Shown piece after piece: positions 37,546 through 51,999 of a stretch of 64,000 bases of DNA (positions are counted from its first letter, which is position 1; the number at the start of each line of letters is the position of its first letter). Under the pieces are notes generated by a model. The model was given only the letters and a program-made list of their open reading frames with translations. It made no database searches and was not told the DNA's origin. Origin of the DNA: Epiperipatus broadwayi (taxonomy: Eukaryota; Animalia; Onychophora). The translations under genes and the position numbers were made by a program. The DNA is taken from the NCBI GenBank assembly GCA_028023455.1, contig JAQFVV010000004.1, positions 13,764,001 to 13,828,000 of the forward strand, given 5' to 3'.

Positions 37546-40500
37546 ATGTCAATAATTGAATCAAGATATGCTTCTAAATGTAAAACTATCATTTAAATTA
37601 CATCCTAAATAATTCAAGTCTGTTATAATTATCTAAATTATGAAATCAATTGATTTCTTAATAGAAAATTTCATATTGTTAAATGAATTTTAACAGTATG
37701 TAATAATTTTTTTTATCCTAAATTAATATATACTTACATATTATTTCAAATATAAATTACTGAATGATCAAAAATAATTACACTTGGCATAAACATAGAA
37801 ATTATTTAATGTGGGTAAAATTAAATAAAGAGAATTTAAATAAAAAAATGAAATAGGAGTAGAGGTATTTTATCTTAACCATGACATTCTTTTTTATTAT
37901 TTAAACTTAAGAAAGGGTTTTTTTTCCAAGATAAATTTTATTCAGTACTCAATGATTACATAGAATTTGTAATGATATTATACAGGTTATATAAATCTGC
38001 ATGCATACACACAGGATTTTGTACAAATTGCATATATATAAAATCTGTTTCTCAAGTATGAGTTATACGAATGATTATAAACAGTTCATCATAAAAAAAT
38101 TATCACATAGTTGTAATGGTTACATATTTTGGAGTACTTATGCAATATATAAATATTGTATCTTGAAATTATCAGGTGGGTGTTTTATGCTAACTAGGAT
38201 GCCTACTCTGCCAACTTCCACATTGTTGGTGGAAAGTTCACAATAATGCAGGTTGCTAGGTATTTCTATGATTTTATTATTGGGGTTTATATGGTGTTTG
38301 GGTTTTCCCATAAAGAAGATATGGGGATGGTTTAATCTAACTCATTGCTCGATAGCATATGCTCTGCTGATCAAATTTAGTCCATGAATATTCAGACCAA
38401 CATATTTATATTTTATAATTTTTGGTGTTGGTTGCTTGCACCTACTCCAAAACAGACTAATGAAAGCCATTAATATTAAAATAAGTCATTTACAAATATA
38501 GTTTATTACTCATGACTATTGTGTCAGATTCTATGGCAGCTTCTTCACTATCTGAGTTAATTAATCTTGGCTGCTTTAGATAGTTTCTTGTATATACTTT
38601 GTTACTGGTTATAATTTTGGTTAGTGTGTCAGTTGAAGATTGCAAGAAAGCTGGTTTGTTGCCATCCTCATTTGTCTTGAGTTTCTTTTCATGGCCTTTA
38701 TTTTGGCTAATGATTTATTTCCATGCTTGGGGAATTTATTAGGGTATTTATTTTTTGTGCTTTTAATGATATCCTCCTCTGTACTTGACTTATTAGTTCT
38801 ATCAGAAGTTGGGTTGTTGATATCCTCATTTGTCTTGAGTTTCTTTTCCATGGCCTTTTTTTGGCTGATGATTTATTTTTATGCTTGGGGAATTTATTAG
38901 GGCATTTATGTTTTGTGCTTTTAATGATATCCTTGACTTACTAGTTTTATCACATTTTCTCTTTTTGGTGTTTGTTCTTCCATCTAGGAAGTCCATTGAT
39001 TTTTCATTCTCAAACTGGAATTGTTATGGTTTATATTTCCCCCCTCATTTTACTTTTGAATAGGTTTGCCTTATTTTGGGAATTTTTGTTTAATGCACCA
39101 GTTTTAGTATTTGGCTACCATTGCTCTGCTGAGTATTTAAAAATTCAGAATCTGGATCTGCTAGAAAGCTGTTTGTGTATATAGAACTGAAAATTTCTCT
39201 TGCTGAATCTAATATCATATTTATTTGTGTGGTGGTAGCTATATTTGCTTCATGTTCAATTTTGGATATTTCTGATCATGGGCGTCTAGGCTTGATTGGT
39301 AGGCTTTTTTGATTTATCAAGTTGGAGTGGTCATCTAAGACTTCTCTAGTATTTTCCTTCTTTTTAATACTGTGTTCAGTCTCATTCTTCTTAAGACCCA
39401 AGTTATTGCAAGATTCTTGAGAGGTATTGATTTTTGTGGAAGATTTTTGAACTAGTATTTGAAATTCATCATTGTTGTGGTTAAAGGATGAAGCTGTTTC
39501 TTGGTTCTCTGTAAAATTGGTGTCTTGGAGTTGGATTATAAGCTTGTGGCATTTGTGGAAGTGGATTCTTTTTATTCCACACTTAAGACAGATTTTAGCT
39601 ATATAGTATTTGACTAGGTGAGTCCTTTGATGGCAGAAGAAACATTGAGGTTTGATTCCTCAAAATGATACTATCATGGGAGAAGATTTGTAGTAAGTGA
39701 CAGTTGCTATATCATTCGGGGATACATTTTGTTTGAGAGTTAACTTGAAGATTGCAGTGTTGGATAAAATTTGTCCTCCTATTCTTTTTTCTGGTAAGTA
39801 TTTGAATCTAGAGACTTTGCCATAATTGATCATTAGTTCTTGCAAATGATCTTGATTAAAGTACATTATGCAATTTTTTATCTTGCCTGAGAAAGAGAAT
39901 GATTTTGTTAGATCAATATATACTATAAAATAATTGTTTTTGAAATAATTTTTTGATGCCCAGTCATTGAATTCTAAAGCCAGGTAGTGGCCATTGGGAA
40001 GGATTAAAACCCTGTTTATTTCCTGTTCTAGTTGTTTTTCTTTAATTTGGTTGAATCAGATTTGTATGGGAAACTTATACAGTGAGCAGTTGGTACCTGT
40101 TACTGTAGAATCAGATTTTTGTCACTGTAGAAGTTTAGTACTGATTTAAATAGGTTTGTGGGAATGGTACTATTAAATCTGTAATTCAGATCCTTGTATT
40201 GCTCATCCTTATAATTATCAGTAGAAAAGGTATGTGTATTTTTGGGTATTCAATTGGGTCATTTATATGCTCTGTTTCAGGATCCAAAATATCAAGTAAT
40301 GAAATAAATTGTTTATTTATTATGGTATTTTCAGGATTCATTTGTTGGGTACTATTCTTAACTATATTAGCATAGGTATTGATTATATTATGTTGTTTAG
40401 CACTTTCTTTGATTTGTAGTACTTTGGTTGTTTGCATTCTATCATGGTTGTTATTTATTTTTTGATTCTCAACAATTGTAACATTAGAAACAATTTCTTT

Positions 40501-40903
40501 TTTATTTTTATTCACTATAACATTAATTATATGATTTAGAGCCTCTATCGGCGATACACTTTTTCTAATCAAATCAGAGTTATATTGAATTTTCCTAACA
40601 ATGTATGAATCTTGCTTATTTTTTGGAATTTCTGGCAAAAAAATGATGTGTGAAGACTAAAGTATGCTTGATCTGTCGATAATTATTAAATTTTTTTCCG
40701 TATTTTACATTGGGCTCAAAACCGCTACATAATGTAAGTGAAGAACTATCATTTATTTGAGCAAAATCAGCTGCTGACTGTATGTTAATACGGGGCCTTG
40801 ATAAATTACTATTTTGCAGGCCAACTAATTTGATTATATTTTTTTTTGCTATAGGCATCTTATATGAGGTTTCTGAAATTTTTTCTGGTTGATTGTGAAA
40901 CAA
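37546..40903 (-). mobile_element. Second, divergent L1/Tx1 element (ORF1 plus APE), decayed and truncated
   Basis: LYKFPIQ..F...KE..VLILPN (about 40070), YGKV..F...NTAIFK..SPMIVSF*GIKPQCFFCHQRTH..CLKCG..FHKC (39550-39860), GLNIHGLN..RAYA (about 38380), GRVGILVS, DHSVIYI (about 37760); all parallel to the 14282 element. Confidence 0.85.
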
Positions 40904-43900
40904 TATTATTTAGCCATCATCCCGTTTCACCTACTATATTCCATAGTAGTATCTTTTCCCTAATTCAAACCCATCCCAGTCCATGTATTTAAGCTTCTAT
41001 GGATTTATGTTTATATGAAATAGTGTATATTTATGTGTATGTGCATATATTTGGATAAATGGGCACATCCAATAATCAAATTAATATTTGTGTGTGTATA
41101 ATGCATACGCATTTATAAATTTAAAATTATATAATTTAAATTACGTGCATGAACATTGTTATATGTGTGTAATTACCTACATATATAGCAAAAGAAGCTG
41201 TAATTCCATAGATTTAAAAGCATTACAACTCTTTTAAATTAATTTAAATTGCATTATTATTAGTTAAAAACTCTTCATTTAAAGACTTTCATATATAAAA
41301 TTCAATTCCTGTGGTAGTCTCACACACATCTATACTAAAATGTTTACAAACTTAAACTCTTTTTAAAAAAAATAGATGTTTATAAAAAGTTGTATCTGAT
41401 AAAACCATCTGCGGGTAATTAATCAAACTTGGAGACAAGATTTTAATGTCTTTTAATAATAAAAAAACTGAAAACAAGGAGTTACCTGTTGACCGTTATT
41501 GTTTTAGCCAAAGAAATGACCAAAACTGTCATTTTTATGCATTTTAAATTACTTATAAAAACTTTGTAAAAGTTGTAAACAGGTCACTCAGATTACCAAT
41601 TCTTCTGGTATAAATAACTAAGTTTTGCTTGAGGGGGACTTCACTCATTAATTCTTTTATCATGAGAACTTTTGGGTAATAGCAATCACTGCCTCACTCC
41701 CTTTGCAGAGAAATTGGTCAATGCTCAATCTGGAGTTCAACCTCATAGCCTGTTCAGCAGAAAGCATCAGAAGACATCAAAAACATCAGCCCAGCTGAGA
41801 ATGATGATTATCAGCTACCTAGAAGCCTCAACAAAGAAGATGCGGTGACCATTTTTCTTCGGAGCTCTTTAAAAATAACTCTAAGAACTTATAAATGAAT
41901 CTCTAAAACTCTTAAGCTAGCTAATATTAATTGTGCATGAACTCTTAAACTGTAAAATGTTTAAAATAAATTAAAAACTGAGTTAATTTGTAAAATATGA
42001 TTTAAAATTATAATTTAACTTCTAAAATAATATCTGTAAACTTGCCTATTATAACTTAAAATATAAAACTCTAAATGATTGTTAATAATAACTTATTTAG
42101 TTATTATTCTATCTTTCTAATCTGCAGTCATGCCTTCTTGTTTGTTTTATATTTATTTATCTTATAATTTATGCTATGCCCATTTCAGAATGGAGATTGA
42201 TTTTATGAATAAAGTTTGAGGGGGAGAGATGATTAGAGGCTCTCTGAAATAAGTAATGTTGCTCTTTAGCATGCACACTCAAATCTCTGTTCTGAAAGCC
42301 TAAATATTTTCATTAAGCTATTATGTTTAGCTTACTATTACTATTGTTATTATCATTAAGTTTGCAAGTCAATAAATTAATTAGTTAATAAATGTAAGAG
42401 TCAGTTATAAAGCATATTATATATATTTCTTAAGTCCCAGATATGATTTAACCCTTTTTCTAGTTATATGATAAACTGTGTAGATTTATTAAGAACTTAG
42501 ATTACTTTAAGTATTCCTTTTAGCATATTTAAGAATGCTAATTATGAATTGGAATATGGTAGTTTCATGGAATAAAACTAGAATTTTGCATACTTTTAGT
42601 TATTAATTAATATTGTTTTGTGTATTGAATGTGTCTTTAGGAGCACATATGTGCATATATGCCTTGCTGTATATTTTATATGAATGGGTTTCTGGTTTTA
42701 ATGGCCACCCCATCTCTTTAATTCAGACAGTTCTTCTTTAGAACTGGAACATGAGAGTCCAGATTGTTTTTATAAGCTGCTCCAATCACCAAACTAATGT
42801 GTTCACTTTATTCACTGCAAGTCATATGGTCCACATCTCTAGTAATATATATATGCTGTAGTATCTGAAGTCATACTACAAAGCTCCAGTTCACCCCTCC
42901 ATAATGTAATATTTCAGCATTGATCTGAACTTGTAATCTGATTTGTACATATATGATCTGCATAGAGAGCTTATTGCAGCTCATCAAGTATTATTAAATG
43001 ATTTTTATCAAATGTTATAATGATAAATAATCATTCTTGCACTGAGTTAACTGTCACAAGCCTAATTAGGGCATAATTAGAAAACATAGATTATTAAAAT
43101 TGTAATCAACTCTTTTGAAATATAGTGCATCAGATGAGTTTCTGTTATTTGCTCATCATTTACACCTGCATGTGTCCTTCAATGCACTCTTGTCTTTTAT
43201 TTATATTTATTAAATAAAATATATTAAATTATTATGAATGTGTCGAGTTTCATTCATAATCCATCCCAAATCTTAGTTAAATATCTAAACCCCAAATTTT
43301 AGTTAAGTTTCATAGTGTTAATTATTAATATATGCATTACCTAGCCAGCTGTGGATGTGTGTTTTTTTTAAATGTATATAATAATTTAGTTAATATTCCC
43401 TGAGTTTTTTGCTCCACTCTTTTCTACTGCCAGCATGCGAACTAAGAAATTTTGAGTATAGCCTCATATATGTCATTCATAGGGTAGTAAGTCATGGAGT
43501 GTTGGTGAAAAAGCTGAGGTGTGGTCAGATTCGAAGTCCCAACCCCTCATCTAGATCAGCCTTGGTATAATTTGCCAGGACACTAAATTTTGTTGTGTGA
43601 ATGTACAAATCTGACCATTATAATTGTTAAGTTGCTTATTAATTAATGTTAGCTCAGACTGAATGATATTTTTATTTTCTATCCATGCTAGATCTATTTT
43701 CTCTAGCACTTCCATTATACATAAAGGATGATAAAAGCTTACCTTAAGATCTCCTATGTTCAGGCTCTCCAACTTTCTCCTCCTTTTGCTTTAGTTTAGT
43801 TTTGTTGGAGCTCTAGATTGGTGATGTGGACAGATCAAAGGCTCAGGTTTTTTTATATGGGTTATTTCCAGTAGTTTGTTCCAACTTATTAATAAAATTT

Positions 43901-44782
43901 ATAATAGTTTAGTTGCTTGTAGTTTAAGGCTATTTATATATGTGTGTGAGTTCATACAATTGCATTTATACAATACAGAAACTTTATCTTCTTTGATTTT
44001 TAAAAGTTTTAACTCTTAAGGAGCTTCCTTTATACTATAGATATAATCTACATTAGTCTTGCCTGGAAAGTAATTTGTGTTAAAATAAATTGTCAATAAA
44101 TTCCTATTGCATATTATAATTATGTTGAATATAAAATGATCTATTGACAAGTAATTATACTTAAAATGAGATTCTATGAGCAGATTTGTTTTTTGTTGCT
44201 CATGAAAAATAAGCAGCTGTTAAACCCAAAGTCTTGTACCTGATTGTCATCGGAGGATTGTAGAAATCAGTGACATCTTCCATGTCTTTGCTTTTATAAG
44301 ATATGACCTTCTTCTACTAATATGTACTATAAAATGTATTAGTTCTGAAATTAATGAAAGATCTGAATCTTACAGTTTACAAAAGAAAACTATTTTCAAT
44401 AACAAAACAACAAAAATAGAATAAATAATATGTGATAACAAATAAAACACATTGTTTTAAATCATTAATTAAATCAGAGAATTTGGAAAACACATATTAT
44501 TAATTTACTGTAACAAAATACTTATTTTTTAAAATGCAAGTCTTTCGGGGGAAAACACTTAAAATAAACAATTTAAAATTAATTTTAACCAAAGGAAACA
44601 TGTTTGTAAAATTGTCATTATAAATCTATTGTTGTGCATCTAAATTCAAAAATCAAAATTAAAAAAAAAAGACTACTTCTTTTTTTCTTTATACACTTGA
44701 AATCAAAAATAAAAGAAAAAAAATTAAATTTATATAATATACTAGTACATTAGTACATTGTAAATACTGAACTTTAAGACGT

Positions 44783-45375
44783 AATTAAAGAGGATTTGAA
44801 CTCAGACTTTCAAGCTATCTTCAGCTACCCATTCTATCTCAAAAACTGATACATATGACCACATACATGTGAAAAAGATAAATGATCTCCAATATGCATA
44901 TTTCATGCTGAACCAGCACTCATTAGTTGGTCCAGATCACCTCCCACACACATATATAATCAGTGCTCATTTTATATTAAGATAGCAAATCTTCAAACTT
45001 TAAAAAAAAACATACTTTAATCTGCTCCACTTTCCAACTTTTCAGCATCCATACCATTGAAAATCAAAAAGGATTTGAGCATTCCATCATCAGATTTTCA
45101 ATGGTATGGATGGCTGAAGTGTAGGAAGTTGGAAAAAATTGAAGCTGTCCATTGAAGTTTGAAGATTTTCTATCTTAATATAAACTGAGCACTTATTATA
45201 TATATATATATGTGTGTGTGAGGTTATGATCTGAATCAATTGTAGAGTGCTGATCCAGCATGAAATACATATATTGGAGATCATTTATCTTTTTCACATA
45301 TGTGTGATCATGTGTATCAGTTGTATGAGATAGGGCTAGCTGAAGATAGCTTGAAAGTCTGAGTTTCCTTTAATA
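44783..45375. mobile_element. Retrozyme/SINE-like family B as an inverted pair
   Basis: 44790-45000 (-) and 45150-45366 (+) each carry an HHR relic (44889-44930 -, 45236-45277 +) and tRNA-like A/B boxes; extra small hairpin at 45043-45107. Confidence 0.8.
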
Positions 45376-46882
45376 ATATGATAAAACATTTTAGAAGAGT
45401 TTATACATCAAGAATTTAGTTTGTATATCATTATATGAATATCACCCTCGCATTTTACAAGTTAAAAAAATTAAATTTTATTTGATATTAAGTGATATTA
45501 TGAATGATGCACCCGAAGTGTCTTAACACATATATATATACAGTTAATGAGCGAAATTAAAAATATATTAGTATGTTTAGGTACTTATTTGTCAAATATT
45601 TATTACATCATTTATATGATTCCCATATACACACATATAAAGCAATCTTTAACATCAAATTGTGTTTTATAAATAGTGTACATTAAATTCAATTTATTGT
45701 TTTTATTAGCTTTAAAAATTATTACAATGTAATTAGTATTTTCTTTAAACAATAATATTAACAATTTGATCTAACAGCTGTGATGAAAATTTTAATTTTA
45801 AAACTGCAAAGAGTCAAAATATATTATTCAATAATATGAATTGAAAAATTTAAAAAATCCAGATTTGTAATAAAAAACATCCATGTTTATCTACTTATTT
45901 TTTTTTTTTTTTCATATCCATAGCTAACAACGCAAGACAAAGAAATAAAAATTTATTTTATTAAATTTAGAATAATTAAGTATTGATATTAAGTCATAAA
46001 CTAATGTCATTAAGATATAGTGAATTTCAATTATAATCTAGTTTTAGTAGAATGTTGTTGTAATTATATCAGTTATGCTTAAATAACTTAATTTTATAAA
46101 AATAGTTTTATCTTTTATTTTTAAAGGTGAAAAATATTTTATAAAATTTATAAACAAACGAGATGTTTATATATATTAAGGAAGAAAGCTAATGTTTAAA
46201 AATAATAATCTTCAGGAATCAGATGATAGAATTTGCAGTAAAAAATAAAATATTTATTTTATTGATTATTAAATAACTTTGAAAAGACAATTAAAAGCAA
46301 AATTTATTTTTAGTTTTCCCATATTCATAAGATTGTTAACTTTTAAAATACTTATTAAGCTTCTGCCATAAAATAATCGTAACATTTCTTTCATTAGATA
46401 AAAGTAATTTTTTAAAAATGTGCATTAATTTTTAAAAATAAAGCTATTTTAATTTTCAAAGCTTAAATTTAATTGCTTGCCATTAATATAGACAAAAAAA
46501 TATTTTTAAAGAGAAAAAACAATTGATAGTCACTTTTAAATTGCATCAAATAAATCCAATTAAAATCAACAATATATCTGAAGCATTTTGAATAGTATTT
46601 TAATATGTGAATTCATAAAAATATAATATATTAATCATTATGCTGATATTAATAATATATCTGTTTGACATATAACATAAGTTTATTTTAAGGTAATAAG
46701 ACATTAGAAGATAGTTTTTTAAATAGTTACCAACATCATTGCTATATCTACCTGCAATTTAAGATTACAAAAAGGATAGTGTTTTGCTCTATCGTGTCAG
46801 CCCCTTGATGGCATTAATGATAAGAAAAAGCACATAGATATAACATTTCTGGGCCAGCAATTCTATAGAACTATTGACTTTA

Positions 46883-47620
46883 TTTTGGGATAGGAAATAA
46901 AAGTAAATTATATTACGATTTCCATAAAATTAAAAAATTCAAACAAAATATAAAAATATAAGCTGACTTTTTGGGACAGTAATTTATCAGAGACTGGCTT
47001 TTTTTTGTGTGTGTGTCTCAATAAAAAATTATGTTACTTTCAAATAGCAAATAATAGTACATTAGAGATGTTTTTGGATAGTAATTAATCAGAAACTGCC
47101 TTTTGTGTGTGTGTATAAAAAGTTATGTTCTTTTTTAAATAGAAAATCAGAGTAAATTTTAGCCTTTTTGGGACCTTAATTAATCAGAAAGTGTTTTGAA
47201 ATCAAAGTCAATTGTATTATGACTTCCACAAAATTTAACAAATTCAAACAAAGTTTTACAATGAAAGCCAACTTTGACCTTTTTGGGACAGTAATTAATC
47301 AGAGAGTGGCATTTGTGTATATGGGTGTGTGTGTATCCATAAAAGGTTATGTTACTTTTTTTAACAACAAATCATAGTAAACATAGCAGAGACTTATTTG
47401 GACAGTAATTAAGCAGAAACAGGCTTCTTTGGACATGTGTGTGTGGATTGCAAAAGTTACGGTACTTTTTGTAATAAAAATTAAAAGTAAATTTTACCCT
47501 TTTTTGGACAGTAATTAATCAGACACTCTGTTTTGAGGGGATAAAGTAAATTAGATTGCAATTTACCCACTAAAGTTAATAATTATAACAGATTATTAAA
47601 ATGAAAGCTTACTCCGATGT
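46883..47620. repeat. Higher-order minisatellite, 7 units of 86-116 bp
   Basis: Core TTTTGG(G)ACAGTAATTAATCAG at 46883 (partial), 46968, 47071, 47165, 47281, 47397 and 47500. Confidence 0.85.
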
Positions 47621-49044
47621 CTGGAAATTGCCAATTTTCAGAGTTCAAAGCAGCCATTTTTCTTGTCTCGGACAATTTCTCATGGATACATTACTTTTAT
47701 CAGGATCTTTGAAATAGTGCTATGCCACACCCTAAAATCCAATTTGAGAGGGTTACACAGTCCTGGTGTAATAGTGACAACACTGTTAAAAATGTTAGAA
47801 AGTTCCAGTAGGCCAGTTCACATGAAAAAAAAGTTGGACCTGAAAAGTTCACTTATTTCAACACAATGCAGTCTACACACCCTCACTTAATACTGTAGTA
47901 AAAATAGACAACCCAATATTATGATAAAGTGCATATTAAAAGCAACTATGGCAGCCAATGAAGACATTTTTTCATGCTTTTAGCATAGAAAAATCGACAG
48001 CGGTAGCTGGCAGCCGAGTAAATGGACTCTTTCTGTGTTTCATTGTAGAAAGAAGGCTGTATGCTTAGCTGCAGCTGTGGAAACAGAATATGTCTAGCAA
48101 TTTAGCTAGAAATACTGTTGTCAAGCAGCTAACATGATAGAACAGAACACTGCCATAAAAAGTAATGCTTTTTCCTTACCTTGTTTAAAAATGTAATTAT
48201 ATTATCCTGAAAATATTTAGTGTGTGGAGTTATCTATTTATAATTACTTAATTAGAAAATACTTTATCTAGAACAGCAGCTAATGAAAGCTAACTGCCTC
48301 AAAGTTAAAAGTGAAAGCAAAACTGCCAGGTTAATTGCATTCAATAATTACATTTTTAATTATCTTAATGTTAGCATTGATTAAACAAAAAAGTAAACAG
48401 TTTATTGATCAGGAATTTATAAAAAGTTCAAGCATTAGAAATAACACAGCTAAAGCTATGATCCATAAAACTTACTTATTGATTTATTATGAGCATATAA
48501 ATGTGCTGGAAAAAATGAATTGTACATCATAACTTTAGAATCCAACTTTTTAACTGCAAAAGCTACAACATGGTTTCTTAATGTAAATGCTACATGTGGT
48601 ATATCACACTGTTTTTCATGAAAAATTTGTTTTTTTTATTACAAGCTTTATTTACATTATGTATTATAATATCTGTATAAAAAATAAAAAATATATAACC
48701 ATAAAGAAATAAAATTTGTTTTATTTAGAATAATTTTTAATTGGAATCAGTTAATTATTTTTCCATAATCAATTATTATAATGAAATAAATTGTCTTTTT
48801 ATTGCTGCAAGCATTATTTACAGTATTTTAATAAACTAAAGATCAGCCTTTCAAGCTAGTGAACATGCGCTTTTTATGAATATTAATACTAATAAATGAA
48901 TACTTTCATTTCCAACACTATTTTGTCTAAAAATAGAAAAATATTCATAATTTACCAAACATGGAAAAAAATCACTTATGTTTATATTATAACCTGTATG
49001 AGATACTGCTGATCCTAAAAAAAGGGGGCATAAAATTTATACTA

Positions 49045-49157
49045 GTCAAGCATCATTAGCCGAGAGGTTATCACACCTGCCTTGCAAGCAAGTAGTTGGT
49101 TGCAGATGGTTGTGGGTTCACGTCCCGGCCGATGCTATGACATATAAAAAAAAAAAA
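49045..49157 (+). mobile_element. tRNA-Gly-derived short SINE, copy 4
   Basis: Same body and A-tail; TSD ttatacta at 49037-49044 and 49158-49165. Confidence 0.85.
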
Positions 49158-49799
49158 TTATACTATACAAGTTAATTCAAACTAATTTGATTTTTGCAAA
49201 ATACAGATGTATCTGAAAAGGTAATGAATTTAAGACATATGAACATTTATAGCAGTCTCTCATACCAGTTGTAGCTATAGTGGATTAAATAGTTTTTTTA
49301 GCATAGAATGTGAAGATCAAGGTAGATTTTAACTTTATTTAAACAAAAAATTGATTTAATATTTATCTTCTAACTGGATTTTGCAGTCAATTGTTTTTTT
49401 ATTTTTAGTATAAAAATCGTTCAGCCATATTTGAATAATATTTAAATATTCTCTACAAGTTATAGTCATAAAAGATTCAAACACTGCTAGAGAATATACA
49501 ACTGCAACATATTTAACATAAGCATAAAACGTGCAATAATAAACAAGCCTTTTCAGCAAATGTAAAATTATGATGTTAAAATAAATTGCATTACTTGTTT
49601 GATTTTTAAATTATAAGTATTTGAAAAATAATGTGCATACCCTTTAAAAACTAACACTAGAAAATTGTCTCATTTAAATTTTTTGATTAAAAAATATGCT
49701 TTTATATAAACGATTTTAGATTGAATTTAGATAGTTCAAAAGTAATTATAGACTGAAGGCAATATTTTGAATTAAACAAACTGTTTTTGATATAAGAAA

Positions 49800-51450
49800 A
49801 TCTGAAATTTTTTTTGGTGGTTTATTATATATTTTTTGTACTTAACAATAGTTATGAAAGAGGTATATATAGGTTAGATTAGTTTGAAGTTAAATGAAAG
49901 AATAATGATACATAAAAGTAGGATTAAAAAAACATCTTAGTTCTGCTTTATATATCCATAAAAAAGTTACAGGCTACACTATTAATATTGATAAGGCTAA
50001 GGTTGTCTTTTTTGAGTGAAATGAAATAAAAAGAACAATAAAATAATATTTATTATTAAAAATGTATGATGCTAAAGCAATTAACTTATTTAAAAGTTAT
50101 TTTAATATTAAGGGTGTGTGGGGTGTACATGTAATTGTGGGTTATGTTTAGTATAAATATCTTGTTATTTTGTAGTTCTTTATCTTTGAGAAGTCTGATT
50201 GTAGGAGTGGAACCATTGGTTGTGTTTTAGAGTCTATATTTTTTGGCCAGCCTGGTTGAGTTATGAATTTGGGGTAATTTTGATTATATATATATATATA
50301 AGTAAAAATTTTCAATAGTAAAAGATATGAACATATATTTCAGTTTCATTTGAGTAAATTGTATTGAATTATCCTTATACTGATTAATTCCTTTTAATCA
50401 CACTAATTATTGGCTGATCTGTAGTAGACATTCATAAATGCTGAAAGATACTCTAAAGAAAAGTATAAAATTATTTATTTTAATTTAATATTGACTTAAA
50501 TATTTGAGTTTATGTTTTATATGTATCCATGTGATTGACATATTTTATCTAATAAAATTCAGAAATACGATGTGCAGTAAATATGATATATATTTGTGTG
50601 CAAATTATTCAAATGAAAGATGATTGTTGTCCACTAAATATCACAATTCACTGTGAACCAGAGGGCATATGATAAGGTAAATAATAAGATAAATTTAATC
50701 TAATACTATAATTGCATAGATGTTTTATGAAATTATTTAAAATGGAATTTAGTGTAATAAAATCATCAACTTTTTTGATATAGGTTGATTGTTTAAAAAT
50801 TTTGTTTCTCTAATTATTCTTTGGTATTTGGTAAAATCTATTTTACATCCAAAAAAGTAAAGACTCACTATGTTGAGCCTAATATTACTGTAATAGTTTG
50901 TTCACATCTTCTAGAACTGTTGTGATGGTTACTCACATCTATATTATAAGTTATCTGACAAATTATATTATAAATCTCTAAGGTTGCTAGAGATAGTAAA
51001 GTCTTAGGTTTAGTTAAGCATTGCTGTTTTTGATGATTTATTGTTTGGTATTTCATAACGTTAGAACACCAGAAGTAACAGAAATGGAATGTGATTTATG
51101 AAAGCTGTTTATAAGTGTTTGCCATTCTTCCACTTTAACAGCCACACAAGATATTTTTTGGCTAATGGTTATATTGGATCAATGATATAGTGCATTAAAG
51201 TATATTCCATTCTGACTATAGTTTCTTATATATAAGACCTAAAGGTTGGTTATATCTTATATTGTATCAATTTGTTATTAAAATCTCAGGAATACAATAA
51301 ATTTCTCTTTCCAGAAGAACTTTATCTAATAGAAAAAAATGTTCTTGTAAAGAAAGAATTTTGTTACTGAGAATATTTCTGCAGGAAGAAAATGGGAAGA
51401 TACTTTTAAATCTATATGGCTTCTCTCTTTGACTTTTGTGAAAATTAAAT
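49800..51450 (-). pseudogene. Highly decayed non-LTR RT relic
   Basis: In order on the minus strand: LSLATLEIYNII, DIKKVDDFI, GQQSSF, SAFMNV (decayed F.DD). Confidence 0.35.
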
Positions 51451-51819
51451 CAATCAATAATTACTATTTGTTTTAACTACAAATAGATCCAGCAAGAAAG
51501 CTGTTCATTAGTTTTTTTTAATTATAATTTGATTTTAGTGTATGTGTAAAAATCAGCCCATGTTTGTGTATATTGTACAGCATTTTATGAAGAAATCATC
51601 AACAAATCTAAGCTCAGTATATGGATTATATATATATCTAAACCCAGAATTCTGGTTTCTAGATTTTCTACACACAATTAGAAAAAAATCTAGAAAAAAA
51701 TGAATTTATTGGAGTTTTGAATATTTGCTTTAAATGTTTGCCTTTGAATACAAAACAAGAATTGAATTTATTTTTGCATGATTTTTTTTACAGTACAGGC
51801 TTTTTCATACCTTCACTCC

Positions 51820-51905
51820 AGGGGGTTTGAACTCAGACTTTCACATGACCCTCAACTATTCATACTATCTCACACTTTTGACACACTTGATCATACACAT
51901 ATTGA
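51820..51905 (-). mobile_element. Family B fragment (A/B-box part only)
   Basis: ggggtttgaactcagactttca...ctatctc...gatcatacaca matches 44790-44870. Confidence 0.65.
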
Positions 51906-51999
51906 AGTGATAAATAAACAAGAATTGTTGATATAATTTTTAGGTAAGAAAAACATGTAGCTTGTAAAATAATCCAGACAAAATCCATTATGTACTACT

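Noticed and set aside
41580-41860. Gypsy integrase-like fragment
   Set aside because: Only a VNRSL-like word; no further motifs in frame.
46883-47620. CRISPR array
   Set aside because: Intervals are related to each other and too long, the repeats are degenerate, no cas genes are present and the context is eukaryotic.
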